Shown here: positions 38,508-48,671 of the stretch, piece after piece
How the letters are laid out: each line of letters starts with the position of its first letter
How positions within the stretch are numbered: the first letter of the stretch is position 1
Assembly (NCBI GenBank): GCA_014381925.1
Contig: JACNKR010000063.1
Span: 68,867 to 132,866 of the forward strand
Direction of reading: 5' to 3'
Source of the DNA: Fidelibacterota bacterium
GTDB lineage: Bacteria > Fidelibacterota > Marinisomatia > SCGC-AAA003-L08 > GCA-2689995
DNA: 64,000 bases
Notes under the pieces: model-generated
The model's input: only the letters and a program-made list of their open reading frames with translations
Databases searched by the model: none
Told to the model about the DNA's origin: nothing
Made by a program: the position numbers and the translations under genes

Positions 38508-39131
38508 TTAACAACAATAATTATTTTTATTTTGAGCTTTCTTAAAAGATTCTCTTCCTTCTTTAAAAGCAAAATAAGCAATTATTATTGAGCCTATTGC
38601 ATCTATTTGTTTAAATTCAAATAATTCATACCCAATACAGGAAATAAGTAAAACAAATGACAACTGCATACACACCTTTGTACAATTTGCATCAGCTATA
38701 ATTGCATCAGAATTTAATTTTTTACCTATTTCTAATTTTTCATGTACCAACCACCACATTACAATAATAGAACTTGTTGATACAATAATTCCCCAAAATG
38801 TAGTTATTGGATGAATTCCATAAATTAAATTATAAATTGATGTAATTGAAATCCCTAATGTTAATAGATAAAAAGAAGCTCCTGTAATTTGTAAAGCCCT
38901 TTTTTCAAATTGGTCTCTTTCATTAACATGATTTTTATTTACCCGTAGCATCATGTGAAAAATACCAATCCCTGAAATAACTTCTACAAATGAATCTAAC
39001 CCAAAACCAAACAAAGATAAAACTTCATCATCTAACCCAAAATATATAGAAATAATTCCTTCTATTAAATTATATACAATTGTAAAAATTGCTAATAAAA
39101 TTGCACGATTTATATTTGTATTACCCCTCAT
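38508..39131 (-). CDS. cation-transporter membrane protein (CDF-like transmembrane domain only), C-terminal CC
   Basis: 207 aa with about 6 TM, a GLDSFVEV motif and a tail ...NKNNYCC. It overlaps the czcA stop by 11 nt. Confidence 0.45.
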   Translation of the reverse strand: MRGNTNINRAILLAIFTIVYNLIEGIISIYFGLDDEVLSLFGFGLDSFVEVISGIGIFHMMLRVNKNHVNERDQFEKRALQITGASFYLLTLGISITSIYNLIYGIHPITTFWGIIVSTSSIIVMWWLVHEKLEIGKKLNSDAIIADANCTKVCMQLSFVLLISCIGYELFEFKQIDAIGSIIIAYFAFKEGRESFKKAQNKNNYCC

Positions 39132-42100
39132 CTGAAAACCATTGAAATAATGCGGGGATTACAAGTAAAGTTAAAATAGTTGAAGTAAACAACCCGCCGA
39201 CTACTACGGTTGCCAAAGGTCGTTGAACTTCGCTACCAGCTCCCGATGCAAATAGTAAAGGAAGCAATCCTAAAGATGTTGTTAATGCAGTCATTAATAC
39301 AGGCCTTAGTCTTAATTGAGCACCTTTAATAGATGCTTCATATTTTGTTGCCCCTTCTTTTACTAATTGATTCATATATGATAACAACACCATTCCATTT
39401 TCTAAAGCAATTCCAAAGAGAGCAATAAATCCAACAGAAGATGGAACAGATAAATTTTGCCCCGTGAGCCAAAGTGCAACAATTCCCCCTACAAGAGCGA
39501 GAGGAATATTGAGTAAAATAAGAAGTGAGTTTTTTAGAGAATTAAAACTAATAAACAATAATAAGAAAATAATAATTAGAGTAATTGGAACTACTACTGC
39601 TAGTCGTTTATTTGCTTCTTGTTGAAGCCGAAATTGTCCACCCCAATTAAGTAAATAACCTGGAGGTAAAACAACCTTCTCCTGAATTGCACTTTTTCCC
39701 TCTTCAACAAACGAGCCAATATCTCTATCAGAAACATTACATTGTATTGTGATAAATCGTTGATTATTTTCTCTTGTGATTTGGCGTGGCCCTGTAATTT
39801 CTTGGATATCAACTAATTCCGACAATGGAATGTTTATTCCACGAGGAGATTGCACAACTATATTAGAAATTGCCTCAACAGAATTTCTATATTTTTCTTC
39901 AAATCTAACTGTAATATCAAACCGTCTATTTCCTTCAAATATTTCTCCCACTTTTTCACCACCTATAGAAGAATGAACTATCTCTTGAATATCAGATATA
40001 TTTATACCATATCGAGCAATTGCCTGCCTATTAATCGTTATAAGTAATTGAGGAGTACCTGAAACTTGATCGACTTGTACATCATCAGCGCCAGGCACTT
40101 CACGAATAACGGCTGAAATTTTATCAGCTTTTGCTTTAAGTATTTCTAAATCATCTCCAAAAAGTTTAATTGCAAGCTCTGCTTTAATTCCTTCTAACAA
40201 TTCATCTACATTCATTGCAATAGGCTGAGTAATATTAACCAAAACGCCAGGCACATCATCAAGAGTTTCGCGAATTATACTTTCTAATCCATCTTGATTT
40301 AAATTAGGTCTCCAATTTCCTTTTTCAGCTAATATTACATACATTTCTGCACTATTTACAGGGTCTGCATGAGCCCCCACTTCACCTCTTCCTATTCGAG
40401 AAACAACGGAAGTAATTTCAGGAATACTCATCAATCTTTTTTCTATTGCTAGTGTGGTTTTTTTACTTTCGGTCAACGAAATAGATGGTGCCATTGAAAC
40501 CCTTACCACAATAGATCCTTCATTTAATTTTGGGGTAAACTCAGATCCTAATTGTGGAAAAATTGTAATTCCAGCTAATATTAAAAACACCGCTAAACTA
40601 ACAGCAATCGTTCTGTTTTTTACAAAATGAGTGATAATTGGAGTGTAAAATTTATTGAGTATTTTTACCAGCCAAATTTCTTTTACTAATTTTAAATCTT
40701 TCGGAATTTTTAGAACAAAGGTAGATAAAACAGGAGCAATTATTGTTGCATAAATCAAAGACCCAAACATTGCGATTGCGATTGTATATGCAAGAGGTCT
40801 AAATGTTTTTCCTTCTACGCCTTGCAAGGTAAATAAAGGTAAAAATACAATTATAATTATAATTATTGCAAAACTTACGGGTTTTATTACTTCTAAAAAT
40901 GCACTTGATATTAATTGTTTTTTCGATTTAGAATGCCCTGAACTTTTTAATACTTTTTCGATATTTTCAATAACAACAATTGCACCATCAACTAACATTC
41001 CAATCGCAATTGCTAATCCACCAAAAGACATTAAATTAGCCGAAATATTAAAGTAGTTCATTCCAATCATTGCAAATAAAACTGAAAATGGAATGGATGC
41101 CGCAACAACGATGCTTGGTCTAATTGAGCCCATAAAAATAAATAATATCAATACGACAAGAATAATTCCCTGTAATAATGCATTACTTACTGTTTTCACA
41201 CAAGCAGTTACTAGTGTTTTCTGTTCATAATATGGTACAATTTTAATTCCTTTGGGTAAAATATTATTTATTTCATCCATTTTTGTTTCAACTTGGCCTA
41301 TTACTGATGATGAATTAGTACCATAGAGCTTTACCACCATACCCGAAACAACCTCGCCTATTCCATTGTAAGTTTGAATACCTCGCCGTATTGCACCTCC
41401 AATTTCTATATTTGCAACTTCTTTAAGTAAAACGGGTGTACCAGATTCAGATTTAAGAATAATATTTTCAATATCCTCAATTCCAGACGCTAACCCAACG
41501 GAACGCACAATAAATTCTTCAGAGTTTTTTTCAATAAATTGTGCACCAACATTCAAATTATTATTTCTAATTTTTTCAATCACATCTTGAATCGTAATGT
41601 CATATTGCAATAGTGAAAAAGGGTTTATATTTACTTGATATTGTTTTTCATAACCACCAATTCCTAAAACTTCGGTAACCCCAGGTACTGTTTGAAGATG
41701 GAATTTGACAATCCAATCCTGAATAGATCGTAATTCTTCAAGAGAATATTGTCCACTTTCATCATCTAAATAATAAAACAATATTAACCCCATCCCTGTA
41801 GAAATTGGACCCATCTCGGGTTCTCCAAATCCTTCTGGGATTTGTTCTCTTGCTTCTTGAATTCGTTCATTTACCAACTGTCTAGCAAAATAAAGATCTG
41901 TTCCATCCTTAAAGTAAATATTCACGACTGATAATCCAAAATTAGAGACAGATCGAATTTTTGCTAATTCAGGCAAACCATTCATTGCAACCTCCACAGG
42001 ATATGTTACATATTTTTCTACTTCTTCAGGAGCAAGACCTTCAGTTGTTGTAAATACTTGTACTAAATTTGGTGATACATCGGGGAAAGCATCAATTGGA

Positions 42101-42198
42101 AGCTGTTTGTAACTGGTATAACCTGCGCCTAAAATAAGTACAGAAATTGTCAATATTAATAATCGATTTTGTAAAATAAATTGAATTAATTTTCCCAC
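39121..42198 (-). CDS. heavy-metal efflux RND pump, CzcA/CusA family
   Basis: 1025 aa with a GTG start and 12-TM RND architecture. Sequence is HME-type throughout. Confidence 0.92.
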   Translation of the reverse strand: MGKLIQFILQNRLLILTISVLILGAGYTSYKQLPIDAFPDVSPNLVQVFTTTEGLAPEEVEKYVTYPVEVAMNGLPELAKIRSVSNFGLSVVNIYFKDGTDLYFARQLVNERIQEAREQIPEGFGEPEMGPISTGMGLILFYYLDDESGQYSLEELRSIQDWIVKFHLQTVPGVTEVLGIGGYEKQYQVNINPFSLLQYDITIQDVIEKIRNNNLNVGAQFIEKNSEEFIVRSVGLASGIEDIENIILKSESGTPVLLKEVANIEIGGAIRRGIQTYNGIGEVVSGMVVKLYGTNSSSVIGQVETKMDEINNILPKGIKIVPYYEQKTLVTACVKTVSNALLQGIILVVLILFIFMGSIRPSIVVAASIPFSVLFAMIGMNYFNISANLMSFGGLAIAIGMLVDGAIVVIENIEKVLKSSGHSKSKKQLISSAFLEVIKPVSFAIIIIIIVFLPLFTLQGVEGKTFRPLAYTIAIAMFGSLIYATIIAPVLSTFVLKIPKDLKLVKEIWLVKILNKFYTPIITHFVKNRTIAVSLAVFLILAGITIFPQLGSEFTPKLNEGSIVVRVSMAPSISLTESKKTTLAIEKRLMSIPEITSVVSRIGRGEVGAHADPVNSAEMYVILAEKGNWRPNLNQDGLESIIRETLDDVPGVLVNITQPIAMNVDELLEGIKAELAIKLFGDDLEILKAKADKISAVIREVPGADDVQVDQVSGTPQLLITINRQAIARYGINISDIQEIVHSSIGGEKVGEIFEGNRRFDITVRFEEKYRNSVEAISNIVVQSPRGINIPLSELVDIQEITGPRQITRENNQRFITIQCNVSDRDIGSFVEEGKSAIQEKVVLPPGYLLNWGGQFRLQQEANKRLAVVVPITLIIIFLLLFISFNSLKNSLLILLNIPLALVGGIVALWLTGQNLSVPSSVGFIALFGIALENGMVLLSYMNQLVKEGATKYEASIKGAQLRLRPVLMTALTTSLGLLPLLFASGAGSEVQRPLATVVVGGLFTSTILTLLVIPALFQWFSDEG

Positions 42199-42286
42199 AA
42201 TAGCTTTCCCCTTTTTTATCTAACCATTAACTTTAAATATGATTCAAATATGTTAATTGATTAAAGTTGTAATTCTTAATTTCTAA

Positions 42287-43249
42287 TTAATGATTATGAC
42301 CACCGCCAAATGAAGATTTAGCTATTTGGGCTTTCAATATAAAACCACCTTTTTTAACATATTGTTGACCAATTTTTAATCCTGACAATATTTCTACAAA
42401 TTCAGAATTTTGTTGACCAATTTTTATATTAATAGGTTCATATCCATGTTCATTTTTTGTAAAGACTACATCTAAACCTTTTATAGTTTCAATTGCTGTT
42501 TTTGGAATCATAATACTACAACTAGATTGACTAATGGTAACAAACCCGGTAATAAACTGTCCTGGCCGAAGCCATCCATATGAATTAGAAAGCACTACTC
42601 GAGCAATTGCTGTTCGTGTATGTTCATCAATTGTAGGTGATATAAATGAAATTTCGCCCGATATTGAAGGAAAATCTTTTTTAATTAAAACATTTACAGT
42701 TTGTCCAATTTTTAATTGTGTCAAATATTTTTGATAAACGCTTAAATTCAACCATACTTTTGAAAGATTTGCGATTGCAAAGAAATTATCTGAATTTTGA
42801 GCCGTTTCTCCTTTTGTAAAGTGCATATCAATTATAATACCATTAATTGAAGATTTTAACTCATAAACGGTAAGACTTTCATTACTTTCAATAATTGCAA
42901 GTAAATCACCCTCGTTAACTTTATCACCAATTTGTTTATAAACCTCTTTTACTAATCCACCAAAACGAGGAGTAATATGCACCAGTCTATCAGGATCCAG
43001 CTGTATTTCTCCAGGTAATTCAATTGTTTTATTTAAAATGCCACTTGAAGCAATATCAACCTCAGCCCCAAATTCAAAAAGTACTTTTTCAGTAATATTT
43101 TCTTTATGATCTTCATGATCACCATGTCCAGAATGGCTTTCATGTTCCTGTATTGAATAATTATTTTGATGTGAATTCACCATTTCTTTTGTAACCCAAA
43201 AGGTAATGAGTGCTGTTATAATTATTGTACTAAGTATAATTTTTTTCAT
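42287..43249 (-). CDS. efflux RND periplasmic adaptor (CzcB/CusB-like) with His-rich termini
   Basis: 320 aa with an N-terminal anchor, then HESHSGHGDHEDHKE, a lipoyl/beta-barrel MFP core and a C-terminal GGGHNH. Confidence 0.85.
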   Translation of the reverse strand: MKKIILSTIIITALITFWVTKEMVNSHQNNYSIQEHESHSGHGDHEDHKENITEKVLFEFGAEVDIASSGILNKTIELPGEIQLDPDRLVHITPRFGGLVKEVYKQIGDKVNEGDLLAIIESNESLTVYELKSSINGIIIDMHFTKGETAQNSDNFFAIANLSKVWLNLSVYQKYLTQLKIGQTVNVLIKKDFPSISGEISFISPTIDEHTRTAIARVVLSNSYGWLRPGQFITGFVTISQSSCSIMIPKTAIETIKGLDVVFTKNEHGYEPINIKIGQQNSEFVEILSGLKIGQQYVKKGGFILKAQIAKSSFGGGHNH

Positions 43250-43280
43250 TTAACTAAAGCCCTAAATTTTATTATATTCA

Positions 43281-44087
43281 TCAATGATTATGATGATGAT
43301 CGTCATTGTCATTGTCATTGTGATTATGTTGATGCTCCTCTTCATGATGCTGGGTATCATCTTCTGTATTTTTTTCTAAATGAGTTTCATGAAGGTGTTG
43401 AATTTCTAATTTATCAGTTATTGCTTTTGCAGAATAATATCCATTTAATTGAAATACGAGTAAAAATGAGCCTGCAATTATTAACATCCAATTTGTCACT
43501 ATTGAAATATTAGATAATTTTTTCCGTAACAAAAGTAATATTGGAAAAGCGATTACTAAAGCTGTTATTTGCCCAATTTCAACACCTGCATTAAAAGATA
43601 AAATTTTATAAACTAATTGATGGTGTCCCAAGTCAATTTGTTGCAAACGAGTTGAAAGGCCAAACCCATGAATTAATCCAAATATAAACACCATAAAAAC
43701 TTTATTTGGTACATTTATGGATAACCATTTATTGAAACCATCAAGATTTTCAAATCCTTTATAAATAACACTGAATGCAATTACAGCATCAATTAAATAA
43801 TAATTTGCATTTATCTCATAAAATGTAGCAAAAATAAGAGTGATACTATGTCCTATGGTAAATGCTGTGATAAATTTTGCAATGTCAGCAAGTCGGGATA
43901 AAAAGAAAATCACTCCAATTAAAAACAATATATGATCATAGCCTGTTATCATATGTTTTGCTCCTAGTATAAAAAAATCTGAAAGCCCACCTTGAACCAT
44001 TTCCACCTTATCCGATTCTGACACACCATGTGCAAAGATAAATGAAGGTAAACACAATATTGATAATTTTAAAAATAAGTTTTTCAT
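43281..44087 (-). CDS. HupE/UreJ-family membrane protein with His/Asp-rich C-terminal tail
   Basis: 268 aa with a signal peptide followed by HGV, and multiple TM segments. The tail is HLHETH...HHEEEHQHNHNDNDNDDHHHNH. Confidence 0.65.
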   Translation of the reverse strand: MKNLFLKLSILCLPSFIFAHGVSESDKVEMVQGGLSDFFILGAKHMITGYDHILFLIGVIFFLSRLADIAKFITAFTIGHSITLIFATFYEINANYYLIDAVIAFSVIYKGFENLDGFNKWLSINVPNKVFMVFIFGLIHGFGLSTRLQQIDLGHHQLVYKILSFNAGVEIGQITALVIAFPILLLLRKKLSNISIVTNWMLIIAGSFLLVFQLNGYYSAKAITDKLEIQHLHETHLEKNTEDDTQHHEEEHQHNHNDNDNDDHHHNH

Positions 44088-44088
44088 T

Positions 44089-45306
44089 TTAATTTTCTCC
44101 TAAAAATGAGTGATTTGTTCTCCCGAGAATACGATTAATTTCCCAGGTTTTATTATGATAGTCTTGAAGAGCATTTAAATATTGAATCTGAGATAGAAAC
44201 CACATTTCTTTAGCATCTACAACCTCTAAATAAGTATATCGTCCATTCATATATCCATCCATTATAATTGAATATGCTGAATTTGCTTCAGGTATAATCA
44301 TTGTTTCCAATAGTATAATCTCAGATTTAATTTCATTTAATGAATTGATAATATTTTCAATTTGAGAATTAATATCATTTTTTATTTTTATTAATTCAAG
44401 TTGAGTCATTTCTAATACAGAAAGTTCTCGGTTAATATTGCCATTATTTTGATTAAAAAGAGGAATAGGTAATGTTACCCCTAATTGGAAAGAATTCCCT
44501 AATTCATTTTTTTTTATTCCTGTTCCAAATTCAATATCTGGTATTATTTTTAATTTTTCTAATTTAACTTTTATATTTTGAATTTGAATTTGAATGTTTG
44601 CTTGAACTATTTTAGGTGCAATATTTATATTAAATTCATTATTTATTTTAAATGGTGTGGAAAAATGATATAAATCTGATAAATGTCCTACTGCAATATT
44701 ATAAGACAAACTATTATCTTCATAAAATGTAGATAATGAATTCCAGGCATTGGGTAATTGGTTTTCAATTTTCAATAATTTTATTTTTTCTTGATATAAT
44801 TGAATTTTTGCCCGAGATGCTTCAACGGGAGAAAATTTACCTGCAATAACTTTCTTTTTTACCGCTTCTAATAATTCTTCAGAAATTAATATTCGGTTTC
44901 TCTGAAGTGATTTCATTTCCTGATAAAAAAGAATTTCGATAAATAAGTGATATGATTCATTTAAAACCTGAGATTTTTGTTCATCATATTCTAATTTGGC
45001 TAAATTTAATTCAAATTCTCTTAATTGAATATTTTGTTTTCGTTTCCCTCCAAGTAAAATATCTTGAGTAAGCATTCCACTTATCTCGGGTTCAATTCCA
45101 AAATCAGATTCAATTGACAAGTTTGGATTAGAAAATTTTCGACTTTGTTTTAATTGCGCCGTTTTTACTTCAACATTTTTTTTACTTAACTTAAGTATTG
45201 AATTATGTTGAAGGACAATATCTGTAAGCGTATTAATATTTAGTTCTTGACTAAAAGTACACGATATTAAAATGACATAAATTAGCCATTTAATTAATAA
45301 ATTCAT
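44089..45306 (-). CDS. TolC-family outer membrane efflux protein (CzcC-like)
   Basis: 405 aa with a signal peptide and coiled-coil/beta repeats typical of OEP. It occupies the first structural position of the RND operon. Confidence 0.8.
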   Translation of the reverse strand: MNLLIKWLIYVILISCTFSQELNINTLTDIVLQHNSILKLSKKNVEVKTAQLKQSRKFSNPNLSIESDFGIEPEISGMLTQDILLGGKRKQNIQLREFELNLAKLEYDEQKSQVLNESYHLFIEILFYQEMKSLQRNRILISEELLEAVKKKVIAGKFSPVEASRAKIQLYQEKIKLLKIENQLPNAWNSLSTFYEDNSLSYNIAVGHLSDLYHFSTPFKINNEFNINIAPKIVQANIQIQIQNIKVKLEKLKIIPDIEFGTGIKKNELGNSFQLGVTLPIPLFNQNNGNINRELSVLEMTQLELIKIKNDINSQIENIINSLNEIKSEIILLETMIIPEANSAYSIIMDGYMNGRYTYLEVVDAKEMWFLSQIQYLNALQDYHNKTWEINRILGRTNHSFLGEN

Positions 45307-45375
45307 GGTATTCCTTTCTAAAAAATTAATTATAGCGGTTACATTAACCGGAAAATCAAATAATAAAAAGGGTGT

Positions 45376-45777
45376 TTAAGTTAGAAGTATTGTTGTTTTT
45401 ATAAAGAGGGGTGTAGGAGGTAGAATTGTTTCTACCTGTTGAATAGAAAACTGAGAGTTCTGAAATTGCTCAAAAGGTGTTATTGTGAATTCAAAAATAT
45501 AATTATCAATTACAACATTATTTGAGTGACTTAAAAAATTTAAATCTGGATTATAGTTCCAAAACGGAATATCAAAACAATTATCGCAATCATCTTGATG
45601 TTCATCTGTTTTTTGGACAGGAACACGACATGCAATATCACATTCCGCTTCAATATTGATATGACCATCAGTTTCAAAACATAAAACCGGTGCTTCAATT
45701 CCATTTTGAAGTAATATTCCAAAACAAAAAACCCAAACAAATATTTGATGAATGATATTTTTTCTCTGTTTTCTCAT
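45376..45777 (-). CDS. hypothetical secreted/anchored Cys-His-Asp-rich protein leading the efflux operon
   Basis: 133 aa with an N-terminal TM, then CFETDGH...ECDIAC...DEHQDDCDNC. No family recognised. Confidence 0.45.
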   Translation of the reverse strand: MRKQRKNIIHQIFVWVFCFGILLQNGIEAPVLCFETDGHINIEAECDIACRVPVQKTDEHQDDCDNCFDIPFWNYNPDLNFLSHSNNVVIDNYIFEFTITPFEQFQNSQFSIQQVETILPPTPLFIKTTILLT

Positions 45778-45898
45778 TTGTTAAATATATTAAATAAATT
45801 AGATATAATTGGTGCGATTAAAAAAATGATTATTACCCCTAAAAATAGTATAATCATATATAAAAATAAGAAGCTAAAACCTCTTTCTCCGATAATTT

Positions 45899-46765
45899 TT
45901 ATTTATAAGTTAATAATCCATTTTTAAAAACAAATTTACCATTTGAATTTATTACTGCAAACGGGATAGAGTTTTTATTTATAGATTCATATCCAATTAA
46001 AATTAATTTTTCACCGGGGTAAACAGGATAGCCAAAACGACCATTTATACTAATTAATTGACCAATATCATTATTTAATATTTTTTCAATTAAATTTGAA
46101 CAGCTCATTGACATAACACACGCACCATGTAAAATAGTCCCTTTAAAACCAGCCAGCTTTGCTAATAATGGATTTATATGTATAAAATTAAAATCACCTG
46201 AAACTTCTGCAAATTTTAACTCTTGACCTTTTTCAGTTTGCATTTCAATTCTAAATTTTTCTTTCAAATCTTTAGTTTGTTCTATGTTTTTTCGAGGATT
46301 TTTTAATTTTTTTCGAACAATAAACCCTGTTTGAGATTCCACGACGAGTACATTTTTATTAAACCCACGTCCACTAATTTTAATTTTTTCTCCTACAGGA
46401 GTTTCTATTATATTATTAATTTCTATTTTTATTTTTAATTGATCATCCACTTTTAATGGGTTATGCCATATAATTTTCTGGTCTGCAAATACACCCCTTA
46501 ATAAATTTATATTTAAACCTTCATGAATTAGTAATTTTTTTATTAATGGAAATGTAAGTTTATAAAGTAAAAATGGAGGTGCATAATATTTACTAAAATA
46601 AGCGGGATTATTATCTTTAGTTGCATTAGAAAACAGTTCGATATCTTGGTGTGAAATTGGTTTTATGATTTCTTCAAATGAATAACCAATCATGTTTCTA
46701 TTCATTTTATACGAATTTATATTCTTAATTAATGATTTAAAAAGTTTCCAATCAAATGATGACAA
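45899..46765 (-). CDS. MaoC-family double hotdog dehydratase
   Basis: 288 aa with the MaoC motif SGDFNFIHINPLLAKLAGFKGTILHG. Confidence 0.75.
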   Translation of the reverse strand: MSSFDWKLFKSLIKNINSYKMNRNMIGYSFEEIIKPISHQDIELFSNATKDNNPAYFSKYYAPPFLLYKLTFPLIKKLLIHEGLNINLLRGVFADQKIIWHNPLKVDDQLKIKIEINNIIETPVGEKIKISGRGFNKNVLVVESQTGFIVRKKLKNPRKNIEQTKDLKEKFRIEMQTEKGQELKFAEVSGDFNFIHINPLLAKLAGFKGTILHGACVMSMSCSNLIEKILNNDIGQLISINGRFGYPVYPGEKLILIGYESINKNSIPFAVINSNGKFVFKNGLLTYK

Positions 46766-46766
46766 A

Positions 46767-47267
46767 TTAAATCCATTCCTCTAATTCTAATAATTTTATT
46801 TTCATATCTAATCCACCCCCATAACCCCCAAGCCCTCCATTTTGAGCAATTACACGATGACATGGTATTACTATTGGAAGTGTATTTGTTGCATTAGCAG
46901 TACCAACGGCACGCATTGCTTTTGGATGACCAATATTTTTTGCTATTTCACCATACGATTTTGTCTGTCCAAAAGGTATTTTTGTTACAGCTGTTAATAC
47001 TTTTTTTCTAAAATCTGTTGTAAATAATTGATATTTAAAAGTGAATACTTTTCTTTGTGCAAAAAAATATTCTTCAAGTTGAGTTTTAGCCAGAGATTGT
47101 GGATTTTTATATTTCTTAAATGTATTATAATTTAATTTTTTTTTACACCAATTTTTTATTTTCTCTTTACTGGAATCGGGTAATCCAATATAAACTACAA
47201 TACTTTTATATTCAACTATTGTTAAATTTCCAATTGGTGTGCTGACATTATAATATCTTAAATCCAT
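46767..47267 (-). CDS. ogt: methylated-DNA--protein-cysteine methyltransferase
   Basis: 166 aa with the active-site IPCHRVI motif. Confidence 0.9.
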   Translation of the reverse strand: MDLRYYNVSTPIGNLTIVEYKSIVVYIGLPDSSKEKIKNWCKKKLNYNTFKKYKNPQSLAKTQLEEYFFAQRKVFTFKYQLFTTDFRKKVLTAVTKIPFGQTKSYGEIAKNIGHPKAMRAVGTANATNTLPIVIPCHRVIAQNGGLGGYGGGLDMKIKLLELEEWI

Positions 47268-47371
47268 ATTACTAATTTTAATACAATCATGCTATGTGGT
47301 TATAGAATTAATCCTTAAAAAACCCGTAAATTTACTATGTGTATTTTCAATCATATTTACGATAAATAAAA

Positions 47372-48670
47372 ATGGAAGGTATTAAAATGAGTGAACAAGC
47401 CAAGATTCAACTTCCTGAGTTAGAACATGAATCTGCTATCATTACGGGTAGTGAAGACGAAAAAGCTTTTGATATAACAAAATTACGCCCCAATACAGGA
47501 CATATTACACTTGACCCTGGTTATGGAAATACGGGTGCATGTATAAGTGATATTACATTTATAGATGGTGAAAAAGGGATTCTCAGATATAGAGGATATC
47601 CTATAGAACAGCTTGCTGAACAATGTAAATTTACAGAAATTTGTTATTTACTTCTTTATGGTGATTTACCAACAGAAGAACAGCAACAACAGTTTAGTTC
47701 GCGAATTAAACAAGAACAAAATATCCATGAAGACATGAAACGGTTTTTTGATGGCTTTCCAATTACTGCTCATCCAATGGCAATTTTGTCTGCCATGATT
47801 ACTTCATTATCGGCCTATCATGAAAGTACCGATATTTCTGATATAGAAAAAATTGATGCTGATATTATCCGGTTATTAGGAAGAGTAAAATCTTTTGCTG
47901 CTTTTTCATATCGTAAATCACATGGACTACCCTATATATACCCACAACAAGATTTAAGCTATGTTGAAAATTTTCTCCACATGACGTTTTCAGATACTCA
48001 AGAAAATTATAAAACAGACCCAGTATTAGCTGAAGCGTTAAATCTTCTATTAATTTTACATGCTGATCATGAACAAAATTGTTCGACAAGTACGGTGAGA
48101 ATGGTAGGGAGTAGCCATGCAAATTTATATACAACTATTTCTGCCGGTATTGGCGCTCTTTGGGGGCCACTACATGGAGGTGCAAATCAACGAGTAATTG
48201 AAATGCTTGAAGAAATTAGAGATGATGGAAGTGATTATAAAAAATATGTGAACATGGCAAAAGATAAAAATTCAGATTATAAATTATTTGGGTTTGGTCA
48301 TCGTGTATATAAAAATTATGACCCTCGAGCAAAAGTGTTATCTCAAGTTGCAGATAGAGTTTTAAAAGCATTAAATGTTGACGACCCACTTATGGAAATT
48401 GCTAAAAATTTAGAAGAAGTCGCATTAAATGATGAATATTTTATTGCGAGAAAATTATATCCAAATGTAGATTTCTATAGTGGTATTATCTATAAAGCAA
48501 TGGGGATTCCAACGAATATGTTTACTGTAATGTTTGCACTCGGAAGACTTCCAGGATGGTTAGCGCATTGGAGAGAAATGATTCTTGATCCTAAATCTAG
48601 AATAAATCGGCCAAGGCAAGTTTATACTGGTCCTACATTTAGAGATGTAACTCAAATTAAGGATAGATAA
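47372..48670 (+). CDS. gltA: citrate synthase
   Basis: 432 aa with HADHEQNCSTS and GFGHRVYK motifs. The start could be ATG 47372 or ATG 47387. Confidence 0.95.
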   Translation: MEGIKMSEQAKIQLPELEHESAIITGSEDEKAFDITKLRPNTGHITLDPGYGNTGACISDITFIDGEKGILRYRGYPIEQLAEQCKFTEICYLLLYGDLPTEEQQQQFSSRIKQEQNIHEDMKRFFDGFPITAHPMAILSAMITSLSAYHESTDISDIEKIDADIIRLLGRVKSFAAFSYRKSHGLPYIYPQQDLSYVENFLHMTFSDTQENYKTDPVLAEALNLLLILHADHEQNCSTSTVRMVGSSHANLYTTISAGIGALWGPLHGGANQRVIEMLEEIRDDGSDYKKYVNMAKDKNSDYKLFGFGHRVYKNYDPRAKVLSQVADRVLKALNVDDPLMEIAKNLEEVALNDEYFIARKLYPNVDFYSGIIYKAMGIPTNMFTVMFALGRLPGWLAHWREMILDPKSRINRPRQVYTGPTFRDVTQIKDR

Positions 48671-48671
48671 T

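Noticed and set aside
43281-43283. The TGA stop of the HupE-like gene as a further Sec codon.
   Set aside because: Readthrough would add only one codon (ATA) before a TAA. There is no conserved sequence or hairpin downstream.
43290-43345. Short tandem repeats (TCATTGTCATTGTCATTG and ATGATGATG-type) as a possible repeat array.
   Set aside because: They are in-frame codon repeats encoding the His/Asn/Asp-rich tail of the HupE-like protein. They are not a CRISPR or satellite array.
45336-45350. A small perfect hairpin, CGGTTA-CAT-TAACCG, between the first efflux-operon gene and the TolC-like gene.
   Set aside because: The stem is only 6 bp and there is no U-tract. It could be a minor RNA processing or attenuation element, but the evidence is too thin to call.
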